This document shows positions 13,115 to 28,432 of a stretch of DNA of 64,000 bases, piece by piece (the stretch's first letter is position 1; the number at the start of each line of letters is the position of its first letter). Under the pieces are notes generated by a model, which saw only the letters and a list, made by a program, of their open reading frames with translations, made no database searches and was not told the origin of the DNA. Origin of the DNA: the human T2T-CHM13v2.0 reference genome, Homo sapiens; assembly GCF_009914755.1 (NCBI RefSeq), contig NC_060926.1; one strand, written 5' to 3'. The position numbers and the translations under genes are program-made.

Positions 13115-14966
13115 CTAAGTATCAAGTGAGCACTATATCTCTCTCATTAAAATCAAGCAATTTACCTAAGTGGTTTTTCTTCTTCATGGCAGTTTTTAAG
13201 TATTATTCTAAAATGCAAACAGAAATCTTACTTATGCCAAAACAAAATGTAATACAACTGGTTTTCCCATATAAAGAAAATATTTTAAAAAACTCTTTAT
13301 TTGGAGGATTAAGCCATAAGTTAGTACTGAACACTAACTGTAATTTTAATCTCCTTTCTGAAAAATCTAAGCCAGGATACTATTTCAAAGACAAAAATAA
13401 AAGTCTACATTTCCACTCATAGCAATTACCCAAAATTAAGGTGAATAAAAAGTCCATGACACAATAACCTAAACTGAGCACTTACCATCTATACTGCTTA
13501 TTTTGACAGTTATATGTCTAATCGTCTGTTAAACTGTAAGTGATTTGACATGAAGGAATGTGCTTTAGTCTACAGCACCAAGCTCAGCTAGCCACACAAC
13601 AGGGGTTCAACAGCGCTTGCTAAAATAAACAAGCAGAGCTTGGGATAGGTTTGGCATGTGACAGGTACACAACTGAGGTTGCTAGTCTAGAGATGATTTG
13701 ATTGGGCTTTGCAGGAAAAAAAAAAAACATTCTTTTGATGGCTTGAGTAAGTCTGTTCACAGCTTCAGGTTAAAAAGCAAAAGCAATAGAGACAGCTCAG
13801 CCTGGCACTGTTTAGAGTCATTCCACTGCTTGGCACCTGGGTGGGGAATCCCTAAGTAGGGCCACTGGCTGGCAGCCAGTACCAATTGTCTCGCTAGGCT
13901 CTAGAAATGAAAGGAACCCTTGGGATTCCCAGGACCAATCATGAAGGACATGGTCAGCTTCAGCTAGAGACAACATCTTGGATAATGCCTGTTTACCACC
14001 AAGCGAGGGAACTGATGGCATGTATATATATTTATCATGCTTCTGTTCTGATGGCATATAACTAAACTAAATTTGAGATTTGCAGTTGAAGGACTTGGCT
14101 ATCCCAATTACTTGTTCTGGAAGCTTCCTTGCCTATGGAAATAAAAAATGAAAACAATGTTTTTCACCGGGCTTCTGTGGATAAAATGCAAGAAGCATTC
14201 TAAAAACTAGATACTACAATGAATTATCTTCATCATAAAAACAAACCCTCCATACAATTTCCTATTTGTCTTTGAGGTTGTTTTGCTCAATACTTCATTT
14301 TATCACTGAGGGTAGGAACCATATATTATTCACCTATGCGTTCTTCAGAATTTCATACACTTTCCCATAGAACAGGAGTTTAATAGCAGAGGGTATCGGG
14401 AAAGTTGGAACAATAACTCAGGTATCCCCTTCACTGTCTAGTGTTGTTAACATAAAGGAACAAAAGTTTTTAAAAATTCACTATGGACACAGCATTGACA
14501 GATTGTATCCACATCAATAAAAATAAGTAATTATATAGCACCTGTAAGAGTTCAGAGTTACACATAGTTTTGAATATCAAACTGTTACATCCTGTTATCA
14601 CTTGATATCTAATGGCTTAAAATGATCAGAAAAAAATCTATGGCTGCATAAACATATACTTTATATTGAGGATTAGACATATATGTTGGATATACTACAG
14701 TGTTTTGGAAACCTCTTGAAAAATGCTAGTGATAAAGTTTTGTCCAGCTGATCCCTACTTACTTCAACAGTAAATTGATTCCAACACAGGAGCAGAACCA
14801 CTACTCGGCATGTAAACTGCATATGCCTGCAAAAGGGCTCCTTTCTTGACTAAAGGGTGGCTAAGAACCAACAGTTAATCTGCTACCCAGAACTGTCCTG
14901 CGATTGCATCTAATATAAATTAAGATTCAGTTGTGTATGAGTAAAATGTCTTTTGACCTATGATGA

Positions 14967-15272
<306 letters not shown>

Positions 15273-15781
15273 TGACCTATAATGATTATCTTGAGAGCAA
15301 AAACTTATACTGGAGAAGAAAAAGAAATGCAATGTTTTCCAAGAGTGAGTAATGGTCCACTTTAGACTAACTCAGACTTTATGGCATAATCGGTTTTAAA
15401 CTTTCTTCTTTATTACCCCACACTGACACAATAACAAAACTTCAACTGTTTCCAGGAGCCACATCTGCAGAATTTGGAGTAAGCGACAGAACTGAAAAAA
15501 CTGGTACTTTCTGAGGGAAAAAAAATGTGTTTGAGTCCTCTTTATAAAATGTTTTATTTATTCTAATCTCGTAACTTGAATTTTGAAAATACCTAGAATC
15601 AAATAACTTACGAGGTAGAAAAGACCCTGAAGAGCTAGTCCTACCTTCTTGTTTTAAAGATCTGCACAGTCAAGTGCAGAAACATAAAGTGACTTGCTAA
15701 GATCACTAATAGCAAAGTTAAAGTGAACCACTTCCTAAAGCAACAGACTTCCACTTCGGCGCTCTTCCTATATCATATTTA

Positions 15782-16120
15782 TAGGCCAAGTATCCCTTAT
15801 CTGAAGTGTTTGAAACCACAAGTGTTTTAAAATTCAATTTTGTTTTGGATTTTGGAATATTTGCACGTACATAATTAGGTATATCTTGGCAACAAGACCC
15901 AAGTCTAAAAAAGAAATTCATTTATGTTTCATATACACTTTATACAGATAAAGCATATATGAAGATAATTTTATATACTATCTTTAATAATTTTGTGCAT
16001 AAAGTTGTGTCTGCGTTTAGACTGTGAGCCATCATGTTAGGTCATGTGTGTTGTGCTGGCACTCAAATAGTTTAGTATTTTACAGCATTTTGGATTTTCA
16101 GATTAGGAATGCTCAAACTG
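15782..16120 (-). mobile_element. Tigger4-family element
   Basis: Homologous to 11672-12017; ends ggaatgctcaaactg. Confidence 0.75.
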
Positions 16121-17466
16121 TGTTAAACACCTATCATGTACAAGAGAAGTCATAATCTCTTCCCTAAGAAGAAAATTCCTGCTGTTTCCTGTCACTTTAT
16201 TTCAATAATCTAATCCTGAACTTTCATTAATATTGTATGCTCTATCTCAGAGTGCTTAATTTTAAATGAAATTTTATTGCTTTATTTTCCTCTGTCAACA
16301 AGCAATCCACTATCAAATTTAATTTTTCAAGCACATTTAAAATTACATCCATGTTTTAAAGATATTAAGGATGCCACTGAGATAATCTCAATCATGGTAT
16401 ATCTAATAACAAGAAAACTCCCTACTCTTGTCCAGAAATCCTAAGAACTTCACATTACGTAAACTTCTGTTACAAAGTCAGTGAAAGAAAAAAGGTTAAT
16501 AGCTTATACATAGACAAACATGAGAAGATTCGTTTTTCAGATTCAGCTTTTCCCTCTTTTCCTACTTAAAATGGCTAACCTTTCAAAGAATAACAAATGT
16601 GGGAGCAGATTTGCTTGCCAGAAAGATAATAAAATATTCTTTTATATTTTGCATGTATTTCAATGTTAAAAGCAAAGATAATAGGTTTTTTGAATAAAAT
16701 GTTTGAATGCAAAGTTGTTTCTGAAAATAATGGAGGACCAATATATTTTAAATATTAAAAAAATATGCTGGAAGTATTAATGATTTACATGTATTAGTGA
16801 AGTGGTATTCAAAAATACTAATAAAGCAGGAAATAATACACAGCCAGAGTTTTAGCCATTTATAGCTCTTGTTAAACAAATACGAAATCACAATATTAAA
16901 TATGGAAAGAAAAAGTAGAACATCATTAAGAAAATATGGAATAAGTTGTTCCATTGTTACTTCTCTGGGTTTAAATTGAGTAGAACCTGAGTAGAATTTA
17001 TTTGATTGTATATAAGTTTATTTTACACCTGTAAATACTATCAGACAGAACTCTCTTCTTATAAATTAATAGAGAACCATGAGAGCAGTATCATTTTATA
17101 AAAACTATGAATGCTATGTTACCTAATATTCATCCAATGAGCAAAATACTTTACTATAGATTGAACGTGTACATTGTGCAGTGCTCTGAAAACTTTAATT
17201 TTTCCACAATCTAGAATAAAATACTCATAAATCATAAGGCCTAACCAATCCAATGCTAAAAATCACACACCAATATTTTCTGGTCAAAGGAGAAAAAGAA
17301 AATTCTTAAAATACCAATTTATTCTATTCTGTTTTCTTTTTACTTTTCTAACTTTAAATGACCAAGGACACAACTGTTTGTTCTAAGAAAAGATCCTGAT
17401 CAAAATTACTGTGATAACAGCTACCAAAAGTACTTGTATCCTTCCCCAAATCCAGCAAGAGTAGTA

Positions 17467-18112
17467 TAGTCAATGCTCATTATCTACAGTAGTTATGTTC
17501 TATAAAGATGCTATGAACACCGATTAGTGAATAATGAAACACTGCTGTTAAAGGAAATACAGGGTTACATTTCTGTGGGCCTGTGGCTCCAGCATTTCCA
17601 TCAACTGATCAATACTTAACTTTGTTTTATGTATGTTTCTGTTTATACACATTATTTATTGTATACTGTTGACTCATTAAGATTAAACTTAGGGCCAGCA
17701 GTACTACAATTAAGGCCTTAACAAAGCTTATCCTACACAGTATTTAATATTTTCCCTGAAAGGCACATCACCATCTTCTTGAGCTTAGACACACAAAACA
17801 GCACTTCAGCACTGTATTATGAGGCCATTTTAAATAATAAAATCAGCAACAAAAACACAAAAATGCAAAAAACATGGCATCAACAGACTGTGAAAGGGCC
17901 ACTTGTTTACAGCGTGAGAGCTGAAAAGAGGAGGCAAAGTATCACCTTGTTTGACCTCAGCTGGGGACACACTTGTTTGTCAACTAAAGTTCTTCACTAC
18001 TCTGTACATGTCTACAAAAGCACTGTGAGTATTGATTTGGGGATTACAAGAAAAATTTTAGCAAGTAAGAAAACTCACAAACACAGAATCCACAAACAAT
18101 GAGGATTTACTG
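17467..18112 (+). mobile_element. MER82-like TcMar-Tigger element
   Basis: Starts 'tagtcaatgctcattatctacagtagttatgttctataaag', ends 'aatgaggatttactg'; ~650 bp. Confidence 0.75.
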
Positions 18113-18134
18113 TTTATTACTTCCAATTCAGGGG

Positions 18135-18250
18135 AGGGAACTGAAATGCTAAGAAGTCAACTTGCTTAAAGCTGAATGCAGCCATTAAGTGGCAGAATGG
18201 GAATTTGAACCTAAATCTGCTTAGTTTTCTAAAGGCTGTGTATTTCACAC
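18135..18250 (-). mobile_element. MIR fragment
   Basis: MIR core-like 'aagtggcagaatgggaatttgaacctaaatctg'; boundaries approximate. Confidence 0.55.
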
Positions 18251-21200
18251 TGAAATATAACTTAGTGGTACACAAGATAAACCTTGGGTATTATCTTAGC
18301 ATGATGTGAATATGTCAAATGCTTAAAAGCTGCTTAAATTGAGTGTTCTAAGATGTTGTTTATTATAAAAAGGTCAGAAGACTAACAACTGAATACTCCA
18401 TCTCTCCAAAAGCAGAGGTTTGTCAAGACGCTGAGTCTTTCCTGAATTGGGTCATTAATGCAAATTCAAATTCAACACTCACACTCAGGACGTCTATGAT
18501 TACCCATCATGTCAATCTTAATTTGTTAGTTTTATCTGTGTTTTATTTGGCTCTCAGATCTCTCTCCCCCATTTTTTTAATATGAAAGTCATATTCACCC
18601 AAGGTTGCTAAGCTGAATTTCTGAATCTTATAATTTTAAATTATCATAAATGTGCTTTGAAAATTGTTTACATATAATAAAAATTATACTCTAAAAAAGG
18701 CATAAATTTTAATAACCACTCACTGAATTAAAAACCTTTCTAATAAAGGTAATATAAATATTAATTTTATTATACATTGAAAATGAGACTCAAAATTCTT
18801 GACTGGGTCAAAATACCATACTAGAAGCACTGCCAGTGTGCTGGAATTATGTCATATATTGTTTCTATATTAAAAATCAAATAAAAAACCATCAGGAATC
18901 CAGTGAAATGGTTAACTCAAATTCACTATTTTATATGTGATTTTTTTATTTTCCTCATTACGTAAGCAGGTATTCCCCTTCCCAAATCTCCTTCCCAATG
19001 GTACTTACAGAGTATTCATAATTGTATCTTTAACTGCATATGGTGGCACAGAAAGCCAAGGACTGAACATTCTTATGATATCTACTGTATCGAATGAATG
19101 GCTAATGTCTAATTGCAGAATTAAGTAGGCTGTGCTTGTGCCAGCTGCTTCTCCATTTTATGGGTTTATTTGACTGATTATTTACAAGAAACACATTAAA
19201 ATGGCATCTATTCCTCCTGAAAACATGCTGGCATTAGTCAATCAACAGAATTTAACCTTAATAGATACTACAGTCCAGTAAGTATGGCATCAAAAAAATG
19301 AGATGGCAGATACCAACAGAGCAGCATGGTACTTCCATGAGAAGGAGCCAGTGTAAGTCTTAATTCATTAAATATTCTGTTTCATGGGAGTTATGTAGTA
19401 AGTTTCTGTAAAGTAAAGCAAATCCAATGCTCTAGTTACAATGATTGAGTTAAACAAATACATTTCTCTAATATGCTTTTACTCCAAGCAACAATTTGCA
19501 GAATCCTGTGTCACCTAAGACTAACTAAGGAAGAATGAAAGTAGCTCTTTTTCTTTTCCTGAAAAGAAAGGATGTTTCCAGGTCTACAACTACATTTGAA
19601 GGGTGGCAAAGTGTTTTGTTAAAGTTGCTGTTATAGCATAGAAAATCTCTAGAATTTTTTCAAAGCTGGGAGTGACAACTACTTCAAGGATTGCGACTCA
19701 AATGCCTACAAAAGCCAGGTAGATTACATAAATGTGTGAAGAACCTGGTGTGAGGTGGTAGGAAGCTATGGAGACTGTAACAAACATCATGCCTAAATAT
19801 ATAAAAATTAATTATGTTAGACAAAACCAGACACTGTATTTCCTTCAGCCCTCAGAGTCCTCAGCCTGCCGATTTGAAACTTTTGATGCTTTGTCTAATC
19901 AACCTCTTTTATAGATAAGGAAACTTAAGTCCCAAGAGATTTAAGTGGCTTTCTCAGTGACATAACTGAGATGAGAACTGAAATATCCTCCATGTCACAG
20001 ATCAAGTTTTTTTGTTCATCTTTATTTTTAGTTGGATCAATGTGCTTACTCAATCCGACATGCTAAGGTTGCCACTGTCTAACTTGTTATCTGAAACTGT
20101 GAGTTTCAGAATGATGACCTACTCCGGAGACAATACCACAGTTACAAATTCATATCAACTTCCTACTGAACCTTTTTTTAAGACAAATCAATTGAGTTGA
20201 TTTACTGAAAAGTAAATAAGAATGAAATGCTTTAAAATAAACTTTCAGCAATTCAAATGGTGATACATTATCAATGCACTGGAAGAATCTACCAGCCAAA
20301 CATTACTTAATTAACCCAAGCCTAAATAATGACTAACATTTTAAGGTTTTATTTACTGAATAAAAGTTAAGCAATCTGCAGCAAGAATTCTTAACCTATT
20401 TTCCATTTAAAACACAGTTACATTTTAAGATTTAAACTATTTTATATTTGTAATAAACAGTTAATAAAGTCCATAATTATTCCATCAGTTTAGTAGAAAG
20501 ATGAACTCTTCTACTTCCTTTTGAAGAAAAAAAAAGCAAAAATACAAATATAAGACCACATTTTAGTTAGCTTTCTTGGCTAATAATTTCCTTACTAAAA
20601 TTACCTTGCATGAGTAAGTTTACGTAAACATAACTTTTGCATATGCCAGAATGATACATACTTGAAAATGTGTCAAGCCACTAACCTTATAAAATGTATG
20701 CTTTATTTCATCTTTGTTACTTTTCATATGTTCCTTTATAGTTGAAGGTTTTGACTGAAGCTATCACTTCGCAGAAACAAACGGATGAACTACTTAGCTA
20801 TTAAAACTAGAGATTCTTTTAGCCCAGGTGTATTCCTGATCATGTTCTCCATTTCATGTAAGCTTTCCTTTTTTCCTGAGATCTTATTAATTTTTTACAT
20901 ATAGGTAAGCAGCCCCATTTCTAAAGTACTGATTAACCCAAAGTCATTAAGGTAGCTCTGTCTACCTTAGCAAAGCCTGGAATTTTTGCATAATAATGAC
21001 GCTTATGAATTCCAGGGCTACAACACTTTTCTATAAAGAAACTTGTACTGTACAGAAGGTATTTTTTTATTCTAAATTGCTAATAACCACTCTCTCCTCC
21101 TACCTCATAAAAGCATATACATCAGTAGATGTATATTTCTGTTTTAGCTGCATGGACCACTGATGATGGTCATGGTTTTATATTAAGCTTACTTTTCCTA

Positions 21201-21441
21201 TAATAAAAAAAGATAACACAAATGCAAGGAAATTAAAAAAAGGAGGGGTGTTCCTGAATCCACAGTTATACAAAAATGATGAGAGAATACAATGAAGATG
21301 GAAGAAAACTTCAAAATGGAGATCTGTTAAATGTCCAAAGGAGGAGACGATTATTAACTCTGCATGGAAAGCCATACTTAGAATTTTCTCACTCTTCAAA
21401 TCCCAGAGTAGTAAACAGATCCACATTTTAAAGAATTTTTA

Positions 21442-21730
21442 GGCCAGACCTGGTGGCTCGCACTTGTAATGCTAGCACTCTGGGAGGGTGAAGCAGGAAG
21501 ACCGCTTGAAACAAGGAGTTCAAGAACAGCCTGGGCAACAAAGTGAGATCTCTGCCTCAACTAAAAAGAAAAAAAAAATTAGCCAGGCATGGTGGTGAGT
21601 GCCTGTAGTTCCAGCTACTCAGGAGGCTGAAGCAGGAGGATCACTTGAACCCAGGAGTACATGGCTGCAAAGAGCTATGATTGCACCACTGCAGTCCAGC
21701 CTGTGTGACAGAGTGAGGGAGGGGAAAAAA
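21442..21730 (+). mobile_element. AluJ (antisense to BARD1)
   Basis: Dimeric Alu with J-type features (gagctatgattgcaccactgc); degenerate tail. Confidence 0.85.
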
Positions 21731-24700
21731 GGGTTGTTATTATTCTGGAATTAATGGCTATTTGTAACTGAAATAGCTATGGGAATCAGAATTAACCACT
21801 TTTAGTCAATACAAAATATCCTAAAAAAAAAAAATTAAAATACAGAATCAAACATCACTATTCTATATGAAAACAAATATTCTACTACAGTATGTCATTA
21901 GATCTAAACTAAAGATGTTTAAATTAGGGATGTGTGTCACTCAAGATAACAGTATGTAAGTAAAATAAAAATTAAAGAATTTCCTTTGATTCTATTAAAA
22001 ATCAACACCCAGATTGTAAAAGCAAAACAAGTGTTTTGCAAATGATTATATTTTAGACTTTTTAGTCGAGTAAACTATAACAGCACTAAACTTTAGTAAA
22101 AAGGGAAATCACAATAGGCAGCCTACAACAATGACAAAAATGAAAAAACAGTAGCATACTATCACTGCAATTTTTGGAAAACTTAAGTAAAAGAACAGAG
22201 AAATGAGTTTGAAATTTGAAACTTCCATAGCGAAAAGTGAAAGGACAATGAAATAAAGGCTGAAAATATAAAATAAAGGCTAAATGTTTCCATTTAAGAT
22301 TTGAGATATCTCATTAAATACTGTCGACAGTCATTAAATTCTGGCTCCATATAAATATCATTTAGCAATTATTTATTTTTGACATTTTAGTAAAAATTCT
22401 GGCTATCAGCATATTTATATGTAGAAATATATTTCTTCACATTACAAGATGTGTAATTTGCTATTTTACTTAATGCATTGAGAAGCAGGTTAAATTCTAT
22501 TGCAAAAATATATTATTATATCATAAATTTTTCTTAGACAAAACTTGGGTATCAATTCTAAGACCTTGTATTATGCATAATAATATCAAAATATCAAAAT
22601 AGTCTATCTCTTGTATTATGAATAATATCAAAATTGTCTGTCTCTATATAGGTATGGTTAAAAACCGAACACAGTCTAACGTCCAAAAATTCTCCTAATT
22701 ATTAGAAAACTCATGCTCAGTGTTCTTTTGAAGTCATATATTAAAAGTTCAAATTTTTATGTAAAAAATTCTGTTCTGATTAGGACAATCACCATATTCA
22801 AATGTATTTGCTGGGTATCCATTAAACAGGTATAAAAGACCTGTTGTATCAGATGGGAGGAATAAATACATGCAGGTTCTAATTTCCCTAATTAAGACCA
22901 AAGCCCTTCCCTATCCAATTAATCGTTAGAAAAGTGAAAATACTTCCAATTATTATTACAACTTGAAAATTTCAACGTATTTATTCCTAGAGAACTTAAA
23001 TTTGATCTAACAGGCACACACTATTTTTAAAACTGTTATAAACAAATAGTCCTCTTCAGTAACCCACCAATTTACTGCTCTTTGATTATTTTTTTACCCA
23101 CATGCATGCATACATTTATATATTGTTGAAAGTGAAGATATAATTTTGATGTGTTTAAAATTTAAACAATTCTATTTTTCATAATCTTTTAGTCTTAATA
23201 TTTATCATATTAAAAATATGCATTTTTTCCAGAGAGTATCTTCAGGCATTTCAGAATTTTCCTAATCTTTCATATGTAGGTTATATTCTCTACTTCTTGC
23301 TGTTAGAAGTAACACTGCAAATACTTTTTCTTTCATCTGTATTTCTTGCGTAGGGTAAATTCTCAGAACTGGGACTATTAGATCAAAGGATGTTATTTTT
23401 TTTTATTCTTAGACAATCTTTGGTGGAAGCCTTCTGTCAGCATAAAGTTGCCTAATCAATCTTAATTTATACGAATGTTTTTTTTTAAATAATTAGCAAA
23501 GTCTGTATAGAATAAAAGTTGCATTTAATTTTAAAATTCCATAGTACTCTCAGTATCCATTTAAAGAAGCCAACTTGTTAGAATTTGTTTGAAAAGAATT
23601 AATGTGTTAGCCTGATTATGAGGTTATTTATTAAATGATGATGTAATGATTGTCTTCTAGGGTCCATCTCTCCTCAGCTAAAACAAAAATGAAAAAACAC
23701 TCAATTTAGCCCTTCCCCATCTCACAGACATAAATCCAGTGTAAAATGTCTGGCACATTCCTTCAGTAATTCCCTTAGGTACTGGGGAATTTTACAACTT
23801 CTACAGCTGCAATTTTATTTAAACTTAGATGAGAGTGGGGAAGAGGGAAAGATTATTAAAGAAAAGATGACAGCCATCTGTTCTCCCCTTCATAATGAGA
23901 TAAGAAAAGAAGATGTAGAATTAAATTTATTTTAGAAAAAAAGGCTAAGATACAAAAAAATTTTGAAAGCAGTGTACTAAAAGAATAGGTCAGTAGAAAA
24001 CATTTTATCTTGGCCTAGTTTGCATCTTTAGGATACAGTTTCATCTTATTCATACTCTATGAGATTCGTAAGATGACTTATTTATATACCTTCTATTCTT
24101 TCATTCTTATCACCTCTTTAATGCCAAAATCAACCTTGTATGAGGGTGGTGCTAATGGCCTGTGAGAAATTAGCACCCAGACTAGGACTAAAGTAGAGTC
24201 TCCCTCACCATTTTGATGTTGAAGGAGGGACTTTTCTTATCTATAGCTCCTATTTCTGTAAAATATAAAATAAGTATCATTCTGTAAAATATCTGTAAAA
24301 GAAATATAAGATAGACTGGATGGTCTGTAAAATTATGGCTTAGTCTCAGAATCCTCATGCTAAGTTCATTAATTATGGCACTGTAAGATACTCTGTATAA
24401 ACAATGTAGGAAAATAAGAGATATTAACCAATTAAGACAGAACACTTCAACAGAAAACTTCTCATAGTTAAATTTGGACCCAATGGATCCAAATCTTTTG
24501 TATAATTCTTTTTGTTAAATGGTTTAGTTTATAAAATGTGTTGATTATCTATAGAGAAAATTACAAATAAAATTCTGCTTGAATCTATTTGGTTTATGAG
24601 AAATCCCATGAAAAGTTAATATGAAAGTTTCCTAATAGTTAATCCTGAAGTTTTGTCTACCAGCAAGTTAATGGACAGACTCAAACATGAGACCTAGTTT

Positions 24701-24820
24701 TAAAAAGTCATAAATCTTTAAAATTAATTTTGAAAGCTTTGGTCCACCTATCATCTTTTAATATGAATGGTTTTCAAATAGTTTTAAATAGCTCTGAAAC
24801 ATTTTTAAAAATCAAACTGA

Positions 24821-24916
24821 GCCAGGTGCAGTGATGTGCACCCGTAGTACCAGCTACTCAGAAGGCTGAAGCTGGAGGATTGCTTGAGTGACACCTCATC
24901 TCTTAAAAAACAAACA
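24821..24916 (+). mobile_element. Ultra-short 7SL/FAM-derived retroposon with large internal deletion
   Basis: 7SL-like 5' part joined to the 7SL-like 3' end 'tctctt' and an A tail. TSD aa(a/g)aatcaaactga at 24807-24820 and 24917-24930. Confidence 0.75.
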
Positions 24917-26102
24917 AAGAATCAAACTGAGATGCTTGACACTGAGAACAGTATAGAAACTATGAGAAATATATATTAGGAAAGAACTATTTGAAGGTTC
25001 TTGCCTTCTTTTTGTAAACCCAGTGACTATTTAAAGGAAGTATCTCAAACTTTGAATCTGTTTCTCTTTGTACTCTATATTAGAAAATATGACGATATGA
25101 ACTTCAGTAAGGGATTCCATCCATCCTTTATCCTAAAAGAACCATTGATATTAGAGGATGTTATTCACTACTGTCAGAATCACCAAATAGCACACTATTA
25201 AGTTAGTCCGAGTCCATCAGTGGTTCTATAAAAACGACACGGCCAAGATATTAAAGTGACAAAACCCACATTTCCCAAAGAAGGCATATTTTATGGAAAT
25301 AAATCATGTAGCCTGTATATGTAACCAAATGCCACTTCAGCATATTCACAAGAACTAGACTCAAAAGTTAAGTGGTAAATGTCTTAACATTCAAAATTTC
25401 GTATGGCTTCTTTATTACTGCGACCTTACTATGATGAAAATCTATTTCTCCTTATAACCACTGGAAAGGTTTCTGGCACAGGTTTGATACAAAAGCATCC
25501 CTAATCATGAAACCATTTTAAATGAATTTTTTAAACACTGAGGCTCAATAAGACTTTCACAGATTTAAAAGGAAAAAGAAAGTTCAAAACTAAGTGAGAC
25601 AAATTAGTCCAATTACTTATACTTCTCAAACTCATCATAACTAGGAGGGACTAATTAATAGGGATTGATGAGAACAGATGGAGTGGCATTGCTAGTCACA
25701 GCCTCTTAGCTGGATCAGACTGCATTGGTTGAGACAAGCATCACAAAAAAAGAAGTGGTAGCTGTATTTGAAAATGACATGAATACCAATTGATGAAAGG
25801 AAACTGTTTTACAAACCAAATCAACTTCTAACTACAGATTAAATTAATAACATAATTAAGATCTTGATAAATCAGGCATTCTACCATAAAACCTTCAAAG
25901 CACAAAGCCATAAAACCATTTTTATAAACTAATTTTAATCCATCAGTTGCTTCATAAAGAGTTTCAATAAATATACCCACTGTTCTTTCTTAACATCTTA
26001 TTTAAAAATAATTATAGTCACAGGAAGTTTCAAAGGAATGTACAGAGATGTCCCACGTACTTTTCCTTCAGTGTCCAATGTTAACATCTAACACCGCTAT
26101 AA

Positions 26103-26507
<405 letters not shown>

Positions 26508-27182
26508 TAACATCAAGATACGCAACTGTATTGCTCCCCACATTCCTCCTCTGTAACCACTAATCTTTTGTAACTACTAATCTTTTGTAAACAATTAATA
26601 AACAAAAAAAGGTCAATCCACTGTTCTATGTTAGCCATAGTATCAAAAGTAGATATGTTAACTATTAAGGAGTAGAAAATAATCGTGTATGAGCTTTCTT
26701 TTCATTTTAAGTCCCAAGAGAATCCAAGTAGAAATGTAAATGAGTGACAGCAGGGAAGGTGACAGGCAGCTCTGAAGGTGATGGTGGGTTGACTATCAGC
26801 AAGAAGAGGGGAACAGGTATACATTTTCAGTGGAGGTTGAGATAGCTGGTATAGTGACTCCAACTAAAGTAGTAAAAGGCAGTCAATTTCCCAACAGCTT
26901 CCTAAAAATACTGGATTAAATTAACTAAGACCAAAAGGGTGTTATGCAGGTAATCATAAAGGAAAAGCAATAAATTGCTTTCATTTCACAGACATGTCAT
27001 GCAGTATATTTAAAACATGTGTTATTAAATTCAATATATCATTTAACAGTAACATGAATCGCTTAGGCTTAAAAGTATACTATGTACTCCATTTACTTTT
27101 CATTGAAATAGTTGGTATTGTAGGAAAAAAGACTTTAAAACCAGAACATATGTATATACATTTACTAAGGACATCTAAATGA

Positions 27183-27505
<323 letters not shown>

Positions 27506-27627
27506 AGAAGCTTTTCCAAAATGCAGTGACTAACCAGAGGTAAGAAAATTAACATCAAGTTCCTTAATCACAGGCATTAATAACCATGAAAAACAAAACT
27601 AGTCTAATTCATTTCTTAATTCTCTCA

Positions 27628-27807
<180 letters not shown>

Positions 27808-28267
27808 TCATCTATATTTTGTAAGCTTATATCTGAATCTTCAAAGGCAACAATTTTTACACTTAAGTGTAAGACTACTTCTATTTAGTATCTAGTTCTC
27901 TAACCTGGCCATCAATATGAAAAATCAGATCATAAACCATATATCTTAAAGCCATATTGGCAAACACAAATTTTTATTTTCAAATTACAGCTAAGGGATT
28001 ATGACATTACACTGCACAACAATTTATTTGTCACTAGCAAAAGTCACAAATTTGCTCTTCTGAAATACTGTCTTGTCCTAAAATATATGCAAACCTTTAA
28101 ACTTTACATTTCCTAACTACGTTGTTGTCTATAAGTAGTTTATTACTGAAAAAAAATTTAGATGTATTACAAGATGCAAAGTATACAGCCATCTCCCAAT
28201 GGTTAAAACATATGTAAATTATCAAAGGTAGTTCTCCAAAAGGATCATCTATTTAACATTTTTTCTA

Positions 28268-28432
<165 letters not shown>

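Noticed and set aside
22565-22645. Short imperfect tandem duplications (also 26552-26590 and 59059-59102) and a 9-bp hairpin at 24148-24177
   Set aside because: Ordinary slippage products or chance-level structures in AT-rich intron sequence.
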